From contig CAZECW010000196.1 of NCBI GenBank assembly GCA_964510585.1, positions 23,685 to 55,684 on the forward strand: a DNA stretch of 32,000 bases, in the 5' to 3' direction. A program made the translations under genes and the position numbers. The DNA is from an uncultured archaeon. Its GTDB lineage: Archaea; Asgardarchaeota; Jordiarchaeia; Jordiarchaeales; Jordiarchaeaceae. The notes beneath the pieces are model-generated. The model had not been told where the DNA came from. It saw nothing but the letters and a program-made list of their open reading frames with translations, and ran no database searches. The first letter of the stretch is position 1, and every line of letters begins with the position of its first letter. Shown here in pieces: positions 7,678 to 16,556 of the stretch.

Positions 7678-10059
7678 TTGCCTAAAATTGGCTTATTTAT
7701 ATGCGACTGTGGAAAAACCCTAACCAAAAACATAGACTTCGACTCGCTGGCCTCAGATTTGGAAAAAACTGGAAAATTTTCTTTTATAGTGAGAAGCAGC
7801 GTTCTTTGTAAAACAGATCTGGAAAAAATGCTTAAACAGCTTAAAGCAAAAAAAGTCGACAAAGTGGTGGTCGCAGCCTGCACACCCAAACTCTACGAGT
7901 CCACTTGGGGGCGTCTCCTCCAAGACGCTGGAATGAACTTTTACGATCTAGTAATCTCAAACATTCGCGAACAGTGCGCCTGGGTACACATGGATGAACC
8001 CAAAGAACTCGTAACAGAAAAGGCAAAAGGTCTAATACTCTCAGCAGCCAATAGAGCCGAAGCCCTAGAAGAAATCCCCTACGAAAAAATACCCATCACC
8101 CAGAAGGTTGTGGTGATTGGAGGAGGAATAGCCGGATTAACTGCCGCCCAAGAACTTGCAGAACTGGGAATTCAAGTTGACGTGATTGAAAAACAGCCTA
8201 CAGTGGGAGGTCTATGCTTAGAACTAGGAACAGTGTTTCCCACACAGGACTGTTCCCTCTGCGTAAGAACAACCGGCTGTCCTGGGCTGGGCGACGGCTC
8301 CCCACGAAGATGTATATATCGTGCTAACCTCGAGTTTAATCCCAAAATAAAGTTCTACACTAACTGTGAAGTGGTGGACGTTCTGGGTAGCGTAGGCAAC
8401 TTTAAAGTCGTGGTTAAAAAGAATCCCCGATATGTAAGCGAGGAAAAATGCATTAGATGCAACGAGTGCGTTAAGGTTTGCCCCGTTGAGGTGCCGGACG
8501 ACTTCAACCTGGGACTCACCAAAAGGAAAGCAATCTATATGCCCTTTGTTCAAGCCATACCCCAAGTCTATGCCATTGACCCTAAAACTTGCAAATTCCA
8601 AGAATGCCAAAAATGTGTTAAGATTTGCCCCACAAATGCTATCAACCTAAATGAGAAAGAAGAGACCTTCACTCTTGATGCGGGTGCCATAATAATCGCC
8701 ACTGGATTCGAAGAATACAACCCTGCCCTAGTAAGGGAATATAATTATGAACGTTACCCCGACGTGATTACCCAAGTAGAATTAGCCCGTTTACTAGATG
8801 TCACCGGACCAACTGGCGGTAGGCCAATTCGCTTATCGGATAAAAAACCAGTCAACCGAATAGTTATGATACAGTGTGTGGGCTCTAGGGACGAGAAACA
8901 CAATTATTACTGCTCAAACATATGCTGTATGGTTGCTCTAAAACACGCCATCATGATAAAAGAACACTTTCCAGAGATAGACGTAATCATCGAATATATG
9001 GACATACGTCCAGTGGGCTCAAGATACGAGGAATACTATCGCAGAGCCAGAGAACTCGGAGTGACCTTTATAAGGGGAAGACCCGGCGAAGTAATCTCTA
9101 ACGGTAAACGGTTAGTGGTGGAGGGCGAAAACAGCTTCACCGGCGAATTTGAGAAGATAGAAGCCGATCTTGTTGTGCTAAGTATGGCGATGGTCCCCTC
9201 AAAAGGAACGCAAGAACTCGCCAGAATGCTGGGAGTCGCCTTAGGGCCAGACGGATTCTTCAGCGTAGTCGACCCAAAAGTGCGTCCCTCAGAAACAAAC
9301 GTTGTAGGAGTATTCTTAGCCGGAGGCGCAATGACACCTATGGATATACCCAACGCTGTGTCATATGCTGCTGGTGCGGCTATGGGTGCAGTTAAGCTGC
9401 TGAACCAGAGGGAGATTGAGAAGCCTCTCCTAACGTCCTTTGTCAATGAAGAGATTTGCAGCTCGTGCAGGATATGTGAGTGGGCTTGTCCCTTTGATGC
9501 AGCTCATGTGGGAGAGGATGCAGCTCAAGTTGATCAGGCAAAGTGCTTCGGCTGCGGTATATGTGCGGCTGCATGCCCCTCAGGCTGCATCACTTTAAGG
9601 CACCATACTGGTAAACAGTTGACAGCTGCTATTGATGGAGTTCTGGGAAATGGTGGAGAAGCCAAGAAAATTATTGCTATAGCTTGTCTGGAGTGCGGTT
9701 ATTCAACTATAGATGATGCGGGTATGCTTGGTATGCAGTACCCGGTAAATGTTAGTATCGTTGGCGTTCCTTGTACTGCTTCTGTTGACCCCCAAGTCGT
9801 TCTAGATGCGTTCAACGGCGGGGCAGATGGGGTGATGCTCATAGGTTGTGATCGGTGTCACTATTTAAGGGGAGCTGATGTTGCTAATCTGAGGGTTTCT
9901 ATGTTGCAAAAACTTCTGGAGCAGTTCGGTATCGAGAAGGAGAGGTTGCAGGCCTTCTTCGGAGATTGCCATGATGCGGGCGAGCTGATCGAGAAAATTA
10001 GAGGTATGGCTGAAAAAATAGCGGGTCTTGAGAAGGCTAAAAATGTTATTGTGTCTTGA
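7678..10059 (+). CDS. hdrA: Heterodisulfide reductase subunit A with a C-terminal MvhD-like [2Fe-2S] domain
   Basis: N-terminal CDCG...C...VAACTP...NIREQC; FAD motif VIGGGIAG; FPTQDCSLC; inserted ferredoxin (CIRCNECVKVCP, CQECQKCVKICP); IQCVGSRD...CSNICC; C-terminal ferredoxin; then MvhD-like ACLECGY...VPCTASVDP...GADGV...GCDRCHY. Confidence 0.93.
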   Translation: MPKIGLFICDCGKTLTKNIDFDSLASDLEKTGKFSFIVRSSVLCKTDLEKMLKQLKAKKVDKVVVAACTPKLYESTWGRLLQDAGMNFYDLVISNIREQCAWVHMDEPKELVTEKAKGLILSAANRAEALEEIPYEKIPITQKVVVIGGGIAGLTAAQELAELGIQVDVIEKQPTVGGLCLELGTVFPTQDCSLCVRTTGCPGLGDGSPRRCIYRANLEFNPKIKFYTNCEVVDVLGSVGNFKVVVKKNPRYVSEEKCIRCNECVKVCPVEVPDDFNLGLTKRKAIYMPFVQAIPQVYAIDPKTCKFQECQKCVKICPTNAINLNEKEETFTLDAGAIIIATGFEEYNPALVREYNYERYPDVITQVELARLLDVTGPTGGRPIRLSDKKPVNRIVMIQCVGSRDEKHNYYCSNICCMVALKHAIMIKEHFPEIDVIIEYMDIRPVGSRYEEYYRRARELGVTFIRGRPGEVISNGKRLVVEGENSFTGEFEKIEADLVVLSMAMVPSKGTQELARMLGVALGPDGFFSVVDPKVRPSETNVVGVFLAGGAMTPMDIPNAVSYAAGAAMGAVKLLNQREIEKPLLTSFVNEEICSSCRICEWACPFDAAHVGEDAAQVDQAKCFGCGICAAACPSGCITLRHHTGKQLTAAIDGVLGNGGEAKKIIAIACLECGYSTIDDAGMLGMQYPVNVSIVGVPCTASVDPQVVLDAFNGGADGVMLIGCDRCHYLRGADVANLRVSMLQKLLEQFGIEKERLQAFFGDCHDAGELIEKIRGMAEKIAGLEKAKNVIVS

Positions 10060-10071
10060 ACTAGTTATCCT

Positions 10072-10108
10072 CATTTTCCTTTTTTTGGTTATATTTTGGG
10101 TTTTTGGT
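10072..10108 (+). terminator. Oligo-T tracts after the hdr operon (archaeal-type terminator)
   Basis: TTTTCCTTTTTTTGGTTATATTTTGGGTTTTTTGG lies between convergent stop codons. Confidence 0.5.
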
Positions 10109-10882
10109 TTATTCTTTGATGGCAAATGCTCTGCAGGGTAGGGTTGTTACAGGGACTGATTTTTCTGCCATGCTGTCTTGGGGTTCCAATTTTAGGGGAG
10201 GAAAACAGAGGATGAAGCTTTCCTTGTCCCTGACTTTTTCTAGGTTGAGGTTCTGGATGACCATGCAGTTTGCGTTTAGTAGAGTTGTGAGATTTGTGGA
10301 TTTTGGATCTTTTATTGGTTGCAAGAAGCCATTTGCTCCCTCATCGACAATGTATGGGAAGGAGGGTGGAAAATCGGGCAGGTCTAATGCTGGGCAGTCG
10401 ATTCCCAGCGCAACCAGACCAAAATCTGCAATAATTTCGGTGCATCTTCGTTCAAGTGTTGGGAAATTGGTGAAGTATTTTTCTTGATTTGTTTTCCAGA
10501 ATTTGCCATACCCGGTTTTAATAAGTAGCACTTTGCCTTTTAGGGTGGTTACATCTTTGAGCTTCTCTAATAACTCTTCGGCTGTGATATGCTCGTTTTC
10601 ACCTTTTTTGAATTCAACTGTTAGAGCCTCACATACGAAGCTTGATATATCGTAGTCGTAGGGTTTTTTGCCGGCCAAGAATAGTGAGGAGGGGAAATCA
10701 ATGTGTGTTCCGCAATGCGTTTCCAAATTTATGATTGCGGATAGGTAGTGGTAGGCTTGATTTTCTATGGTTATGGTATGCCCCACTGTTTTTACTTGAA
10801 AGTCGTAATTGAAAGAATTTGGAAATGCTGCTCTTCCTATAAAATCGTAGAGGTAGGGCTGAGTTAAATCGATTGTCTTCAA
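10109..10882 (-). CDS. Cyclase-family (kynurenine formamidase KynB-like) protein with altered metal ligands
   Basis: ETHCGTHIDFPSS, LLIKTGY, LGIDCPALD, IQNLNL and FPPLKL...PCRAFA match the cyclase fold. Confidence 0.85.
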   Translation of the reverse strand: MKTIDLTQPYLYDFIGRAAFPNSFNYDFQVKTVGHTITIENQAYHYLSAIINLETHCGTHIDFPSSLFLAGKKPYDYDISSFVCEALTVEFKKGENEHITAEELLEKLKDVTTLKGKVLLIKTGYGKFWKTNQEKYFTNFPTLERRCTEIIADFGLVALGIDCPALDLPDFPPSFPYIVDEGANGFLQPIKDPKSTNLTTLLNANCMVIQNLNLEKVRDKESFILCFPPLKLEPQDSMAEKSVPVTTLPCRAFAIKE

Positions 10883-11158
10883 AAATGCACTCCCCTGTCA
10901 CCTTTCTACTATTTTTTCATTGTCCACCTTGTACAATGGTTTTAATTTCACATTCGCCTTTTTTGTAGGCTCTCTGTTTATTAATTATGTCTAAAATAGA
11001 TTAAGTTTATCTTTTTAAAATATATTTTCTATTTTTCGGTTTAGTTACTAGAAAAAATTAAAAGGTTTATCCCATTTCTTTATATTGACCGAAATCTTGT
11101 AGGGTTGGTTAAACGCTTTTAATAGTTTATTTTTTGGCTGTTAGAAGAGGGTGTTGTC

Positions 11159-11839
11159 TTGTCTGAGAAGAGGCTTACTTTGTTGTTCCATCCTGTGCGC
11201 AGAGAAATTTATAGGATGATCTGTGAAAAACCCGGAACTTACTTCTTGGAGATTGCAAGCGAATTGGCTACTCCTCCTGGTACCCTCTCCTGGCATCTTA
11301 GAACCCTGCAGAAAGCGGGGCTAATTGGGAGCTTTAAGTATGGGGGGAAATTGGTTTATTTTCCCAAAGTTCTGCGTGATAAGGAGACTGAGAAGGCCTT
11401 TTTCAATCTCAGGAGTGAAACTGCTAAGAAAATATTCCGCTTCATTCTTGATAATCCGGGCTGTCACCAGAGGGAGATAGCGAAAAATCTGGGTGTTCAC
11501 CATGATACTGTTCGCTGGCACGTGGGGAAGATGGTTGAGACCAACCTAATAGATATGAAAAAGGAGGGGCGGAGAGTACACTACTTTCTGGGAGAAATGG
11601 GTAAAAAGTTACTTGAAGGGAGTTTAAACGTCATTACCGATGCCTTTGTACTATATTTGATGGACAGGCTGACTGAGCGGGCGCAAAACCCTGAAATAAT
11701 AGGAAAGAGTAGTGATAGAGTTGCCGTTAAGCTTGACTGCCCAGACTTACAGGAAGACTGCACCCTAGTAATCCAACTTAGGAAGTGGGATTTTGGCAAC
11801 GATAAAAGGGAAACACGCGAAAAGGTTGAACATATCTAA
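11159..11839 (+). CDS. Tandem winged-helix (ArsR/MarR-like) transcriptional regulator
   Basis: Two repeats: RREIYRMICEKPGTYFLEIA...WHLRTL and KKIFRFILDNPGCHQREIA...WHVGKM. TTG start preceded by GAGGGTG. Confidence 0.85.
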   Translation: MSEKRLTLLFHPVRREIYRMICEKPGTYFLEIASELATPPGTLSWHLRTLQKAGLIGSFKYGGKLVYFPKVLRDKETEKAFFNLRSETAKKIFRFILDNPGCHQREIAKNLGVHHDTVRWHVGKMVETNLIDMKKEGRRVHYFLGEMGKKLLEGSLNVITDAFVLYLMDRLTERAQNPEIIGKSSDRVAVKLDCPDLQEDCTLVIQLRKWDFGNDKRETREKVEHI

Positions 11840-11909
11840 AGGAATGTAGGAATGTTTCTGCGTGTGAATCCCGCCTTCATTTACTATACTGCTCCCCTTT
11901 TGAGATTAT

Positions 11910-12572
11910 TCACTTCCTGAGTATCGGGGGAAGCTTTGCAACACTTTCCAAAATGAAGTTCGGGTTTTCTTTTGCCAGAATCTCTTTTTTTATGCCTCCG
12001 CTCAGTACTGCCACGGTTACTGCTCCAATGCTTTTGCCGGATCTGATGTCTGCCACGTAGTCTCCTACATACATGCTCTGTGGGGGGCTGTAGCCCAAAA
12101 TGCTTAATGCTTTTAGAAGGTTCTGTTCCTTGGAAAAATAGGTTTCATTCCTATTTTGTCCCTTTAACCTAGTTAGAACTATATCTACGAATTGGTCTAA
12201 TTCATACCTTTTTAACTCTGACCAGACACTTTCAACACTTGCGATTCTGCCGGTAACAACACCAATACTTAATCCCCGCTTTTTTAATTGGTGGAGGGCT
12301 TTCTTTGAACCGGGAATGCTGGATTCGCCGGAGGCCACATTTTTGGAATAGTTTTCAAGAAAATAATCCCAAAACTGTACCGCTAATTCTTCTGGTACCT
12401 GGCTATCGAGGGAAGCGTTGGAATATAATTCCTCAAAAACCTTCTTGCTCAATACTGGTAAGCCGAAATTCTCAAGGGACTTATTAAAAACCAGGTAGAA
12501 TCGGTTCCTTGTGTCTATCAAGGTTCCATCCAAGTCGAATAGTATGGCTTTAATATCTTTACTAAGATTCAA
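11910..12572 (-). CDS. HAD-superfamily hydrolase (phosphoglycolate phosphatase/PpaX-like)
   Basis: Motif I FDLDGTLIDT, motif II VVTG, motif IV YVGDYVADI. Confidence 0.92.
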   Translation of the reverse strand: MNLSKDIKAILFDLDGTLIDTRNRFYLVFNKSLENFGLPVLSKKVFEELYSNASLDSQVPEELAVQFWDYFLENYSKNVASGESSIPGSKKALHQLKKRGLSIGVVTGRIASVESVWSELKRYELDQFVDIVLTRLKGQNRNETYFSKEQNLLKALSILGYSPPQSMYVGDYVADIRSGKSIGAVTVAVLSGGIKKEILAKENPNFILESVAKLPPILRK

Positions 12573-12727
12573 GGCTCAGCTCTCCTGCCTGCAATTGGAA
12601 ACTTACAGAAATTACCTCCATGCCCGGTTTGGCGATGCGTTGAGGTAATCTTAAATTGGCGAATATAATTTTGTTTCCTAACACACTTTAAGCATTCAGG
12701 CTTTAAAAATTGCTCGTGGGAGACTAA

Positions 12728-14461
12728 ATGTCGAAGAACCTTGAACAAATAATATTGAAATATGCTCTGGCTAATGCTGTTAAGTTTGGTGGTAAGGCTA
12801 ACCAAAAGGCAGTTATGGGAAAGATAATTGCGGAAAACCCTGACCTTAAGAGTCAGATTAAAGAGGTTGGTAAGTTAGCCTCACAAATAATTGAAGACGT
12901 TAATAAGTATACTTTAGACCAACAGAAGAAGAAATTGCTGGAAATAGCTCCCGAACTTCTAGAGGAAGAAAAAAGGGTGGAGGAGGTAAAGGAGCTTCCT
13001 CCCCTCCCAAACGTTGAGCGTTACAAACAGGTTGTCATGAGGTTGGCTCCCTATCCCTCAGGGCCACTCCACATTGGTAACACCCGAATGGTCATTTTAA
13101 ACGACGAATATGTTAAAAGATATGGAGGCAAGTTGATTCTGGTTTTTGATGACACTATTGGCAGCGAAGAGAAAAGAATCGAGCCGGAAGCCTACGAGCT
13201 TATAAGGGAAGGGCTTGAATGGCTGGGAGTCAAATGGCACCAGGAACTTTACAAATCCGACCGTATACCTGAATTTTACAAGTACTGTGAACAACTAATT
13301 TTGAAGAATGAAGCATATGTTTGCCTCTGTGAAGCACAGGAGTGGAGAGACAAGTACAAGGTAACTGGAAAGGCGTGTCCCCACCGCAATCAAGCGTTGG
13401 AAGTGAATTTGGACTATTGGAAAAAGATGCTGGAGGGGGATTACAGTGAGGGAGAAGCAGTGGTCAGACTCAAAACGGGAATGGACTATCCGGACCCAGC
13501 TGTTAGGGATCATATTATAATGAGGATTTCTGAGAGGGAGCATCCTCGGGTTGGTTTAAAGTACCGTGTTTGGCCCCTTCTAGAATTCTCCTGGGCTGTT
13601 GATGATCATCTATTAGGGATAACCCATATTTTGCGCGGTAAGGACTTAATAAAGGAGGATATAATTGAGCAGTATGTCTGGAGGAAGATGGGTTGGCCCA
13701 CTGTTGAGTTTGTCCACTATGGGATAATAACCTTTAAGGGCTTAAAACTCAGCAAATCTAAAGCTAGGAAACTAATAGAGAATGGAGTTTACTTGGGATG
13801 GTCTGATCCCAGAACGTGGAGTTTACAGTCACTAAGAAGGCGGGGAATAAGGCCAGAAGCGATAAGGAGGGCTATGATTGATTTGGGTTTGAGTATGATA
13901 GACATTGAGTACAGTCCCGAGATTCTTTATGCTGTTAACAGAAAAATGGTGGATTCCTCTGCCAATCGCTACTTTTTCGTAGAGTCACCCACAGAGCTTA
14001 CTGTCAAAAAGGTTCCCGACGGTGAACTTGAGGCTAAACCTCTTCTGCACCCCGATTTTCCCGAGAAAGGAACGCGAAAAATACCAGTAAGCGCCAAAAA
14101 TGGTGTGATTAAGGTTCTAGTTTCGGAACAGGACAGAGCCCTAATGAAGGTTAATAGTATAATTCGCCTAAAAGACCTCATTAACGTAGTTATAAAAAAA
14201 CTTGATCCTCTGGAATGCGAATTTCACAGTTATACAATCGAGGAAGCCCGTGAAGTAAATGCAAGAATAATACACTGGGTTCCGGTGGAGAAAAACATTC
14301 CAATAGCCGTCGTAAAACCTGATGGATCAATTGTTAAGGGTTTTGGAGAACCAATGTGTCAACAGTTGAAGGAGGACCAACTAGTCCAATTTGAGAGATA
14401 CGGCTTCTGCAGGATAGATCGGGCAACTCCCCAAATAGTAGCCTTCTTTGCACATAACTAG
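12728..14461 (+). CDS. gltX: Glutamyl-tRNA synthetase, archaeal type
   Basis: RLAPYPSGPLHIGN (HIGH variant), FDDT, Zn-knuckle CLC...CPH, ITHILRGKD, KLSKS, QFERYGFCRID. Confidence 0.96.
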   Translation: MSKNLEQIILKYALANAVKFGGKANQKAVMGKIIAENPDLKSQIKEVGKLASQIIEDVNKYTLDQQKKKLLEIAPELLEEEKRVEEVKELPPLPNVERYKQVVMRLAPYPSGPLHIGNTRMVILNDEYVKRYGGKLILVFDDTIGSEEKRIEPEAYELIREGLEWLGVKWHQELYKSDRIPEFYKYCEQLILKNEAYVCLCEAQEWRDKYKVTGKACPHRNQALEVNLDYWKKMLEGDYSEGEAVVRLKTGMDYPDPAVRDHIIMRISEREHPRVGLKYRVWPLLEFSWAVDDHLLGITHILRGKDLIKEDIIEQYVWRKMGWPTVEFVHYGIITFKGLKLSKSKARKLIENGVYLGWSDPRTWSLQSLRRRGIRPEAIRRAMIDLGLSMIDIEYSPEILYAVNRKMVDSSANRYFFVESPTELTVKKVPDGELEAKPLLHPDFPEKGTRKIPVSAKNGVIKVLVSEQDRALMKVNSIIRLKDLINVVIKKLDPLECEFHSYTIEEAREVNARIIHWVPVEKNIPIAVVKPDGSIVKGFGEPMCQQLKEDQLVQFERYGFCRIDRATPQIVAFFAHN

Positions 14462-14571
14462 GGCTTTTTATAACACTCTGCAAAAATAAAAGAAGACAAG
14501 TTAAAAGGCCAAAAAAGGGGTTCCTTAAACTGTTTCAAACACTAATAAATTACACAGCATTTACTCTCTGC

Positions 14572-15279
14572 TTGGGCCCTCTCATTTTTGCTTCCTACAG
14601 CGATTGGAAAAAAGGAGAGGTGGGAAACCGAGTCTGGCTAATCATGATACTGTGTGGCTTGGCCATCACCGCAGCCAGATGGATCTATACTGCAGAATTA
14701 CTATTACCCCTTTTTTCAATTGTAATTACCTTTCTAGTTTCCCTTTTCCTAAATGTTTGTAAAGTTTTTGGAGGGGCCGATGCGAAGGCTCTGATATGCA
14801 CCGCTTTGATTCTTCCACAGAATGTTTCAACTTCTCTCACCTCCATATTTGCCCTTACAGTACTTCTCAACACTTTTATTCTTCTAGGTATGCTCTACAC
14901 TGCAATATTTAGCTACAATCTGCTAAAGTATCTAAGGGGAAACGACTTATTCTCAGAACTCGCTTCAAAATCTAAATGGAGGAAACTTGTGACTTTTTTA
15001 ACCTGCGTCTGGTTAGATAAGCCCACAAAAAGTAAACGTTTCCACCTCTTAAAGCATGGTCGATGTGGCAAAAAAGAAACCCCTCCAATATTCATTAGAA
15101 ACAGCCTAAGCAAGGAAAAAATGGACTCTAAACATTTTAAAAGTGAGTCAGATGCTCAACTTTATGAGAAGGGTGTTTGGGTCTACTTCACGAAGCCCCT
15201 GATACCATTCATCACCCTGTCAATAGTGTTATCCTTTTTCCAGGGCGACCTCCTCCCATTTCTAATAAAATTCCTCTGA
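14572..15279 (+). CDS. A24 prepilin/preflagellin peptidase (FlaK/PibD-like); true start possibly further upstream
   Basis: ASYSDWKKGEV and FGGADAKAL catalytic aspartate motifs, multiple TM segments, and C-terminal VWVYFTKPLIPFI. Confidence 0.85.
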   Translation: MGPLIFASYSDWKKGEVGNRVWLIMILCGLAITAARWIYTAELLLPLFSIVITFLVSLFLNVCKVFGGADAKALICTALILPQNVSTSLTSIFALTVLLNTFILLGMLYTAIFSYNLLKYLRGNDLFSELASKSKWRKLVTFLTCVWLDKPTKSKRFHLLKHGRCGKKETPPIFIRNSLSKEKMDSKHFKSESDAQLYEKGVWVYFTKPLIPFITLSIVLSFFQGDLLPFLIKFL

Positions 15280-15420
15280 ACCACAACCGTAAATGGGAAG
15301 CACCATCATCTTAAGACCAAGAAACATCTCTTATTACTCACAAAAAATGTTTTACTTTTAGATACTCACAAATATTCTTTTATGGTAGAAACGCAACGTT
15401 TAAACACTGGAGGAAAAGTT

Positions 15421-16485
15421 ATGGAAGAACTCAAACAGCTTCTCAAAAAACTGGTAGAAGCAAACGGCCCCTCAGGACACGAAGAAAATGTTAGGAACAT
15501 CATAAAGGAAGAATTAGCAAACTATGTAGATGAGGTAAAGGTGGATAATTTAGGAAACCTCATATGTACAAAGAAGGGAGCGAAAGACACACCCAAAGCC
15601 ATGGTTTTAGCTCACACCGACGAGATAGGGATGCTGGTTAGATACATAGAAAAAGAAGGCTTCATAAGATTCTCGTATTTGGGAGGATTTTTTGACCAAA
15701 TGGTTCTAGGCCAGAGAGTATTAATACACACAGAAAAAGGCGACATTAAGGGCGTAATAGGGTCGGTGCCGCCTCACCTCCTACCTGAAGAGGAGAGAAA
15801 AAAGCCCATAAACAGAGACAAAATGTTCATAGACATTGGGGCTACCTCCAGAGAACAAGCAGAGGAATGGGGAGTAAAAATAGGCAACCCAATTACTTGG
15901 CTCGGCCAGCTGGAAGAGTTAGGAAACAACATGGTAACAGGTAAAGCCTTCGACGATAGAGCTGGCTGCGCAGTCATGGTACAGGCTCTCAAAGAAGTAA
16001 ATGCCCAATGCACAGTAATCGGCGTCGCATCAGTTATGGAAGAAGTGGGACTGAGGGGAGCCCAAACCTCAAGCTTCACAGTAAATCCAGATTTAGCCAT
16101 CGCCATAGACGTATCAGCAACAGGAGACCACCCCGGAGTGGAAGAAAGACAAATCCCAGTAAAAATAGGGAAAGGACCAGGAATAACCATAGCTGACGGA
16201 AGACGCGAAAGTCTAGGCGGGGGCCTCATATCCCACCCCAAAGTGTTGAAACTAATAACAGAAACCGCCCAAAAAAACAACATACCCTACCAGCTGGAGA
16301 TTTTTGAGGGAGGAACTACAGACGCCACAGCCGCGGCAACCTCTAGGGGAGGAATACCCTCCGCCACGATCAGCATACCCACACGCTACATCCACTCTCC
16401 CATAGAGGTACTAAGCCTTGAAGATCTATCAAACGCCGTCAAACTTCTTAAACTCTCCCTGGAAAACGCACACAAATATTTCTAA
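15421..16485 (+). CDS. M42-family (TET-like) metallo-aminopeptidase
   Basis: GPSGHE, AHTDEIG, KAFDDRAG, MEEVGLRGA, AIDV, GGTTDA, PTRYIHSP. GGAGG precedes ATG 15421 (track start 15382). Confidence 0.95.
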   Translation: MEELKQLLKKLVEANGPSGHEENVRNIIKEELANYVDEVKVDNLGNLICTKKGAKDTPKAMVLAHTDEIGMLVRYIEKEGFIRFSYLGGFFDQMVLGQRVLIHTEKGDIKGVIGSVPPHLLPEEERKKPINRDKMFIDIGATSREQAEEWGVKIGNPITWLGQLEELGNNMVTGKAFDDRAGCAVMVQALKEVNAQCTVIGVASVMEEVGLRGAQTSSFTVNPDLAIAIDVSATGDHPGVEERQIPVKIGKGPGITIADGRRESLGGGLISHPKVLKLITETAQKNNIPYQLEIFEGGTTDATAAATSRGGIPSATISIPTRYIHSPIEVLSLEDLSNAVKLLKLSLENAHKYF

Positions 16486-16556
16486 CATCCCCCACTAAAA
16501 TTTCCCCTTTTTAAGAACCCTCCTTCTAATAAATTTCAAAACAGGTGTGAACTCCC

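Noticed and set aside
7678-10059. Possible selenoprotein HdrA/MvhD with a SECIS element
   Set aside because: There is no in-frame TGA, and all relevant positions are Cys.
12728-14461. HIGN instead of HIGH in GluRS
   Set aside because: A known tolerated variant of the class I signature; not unusual.
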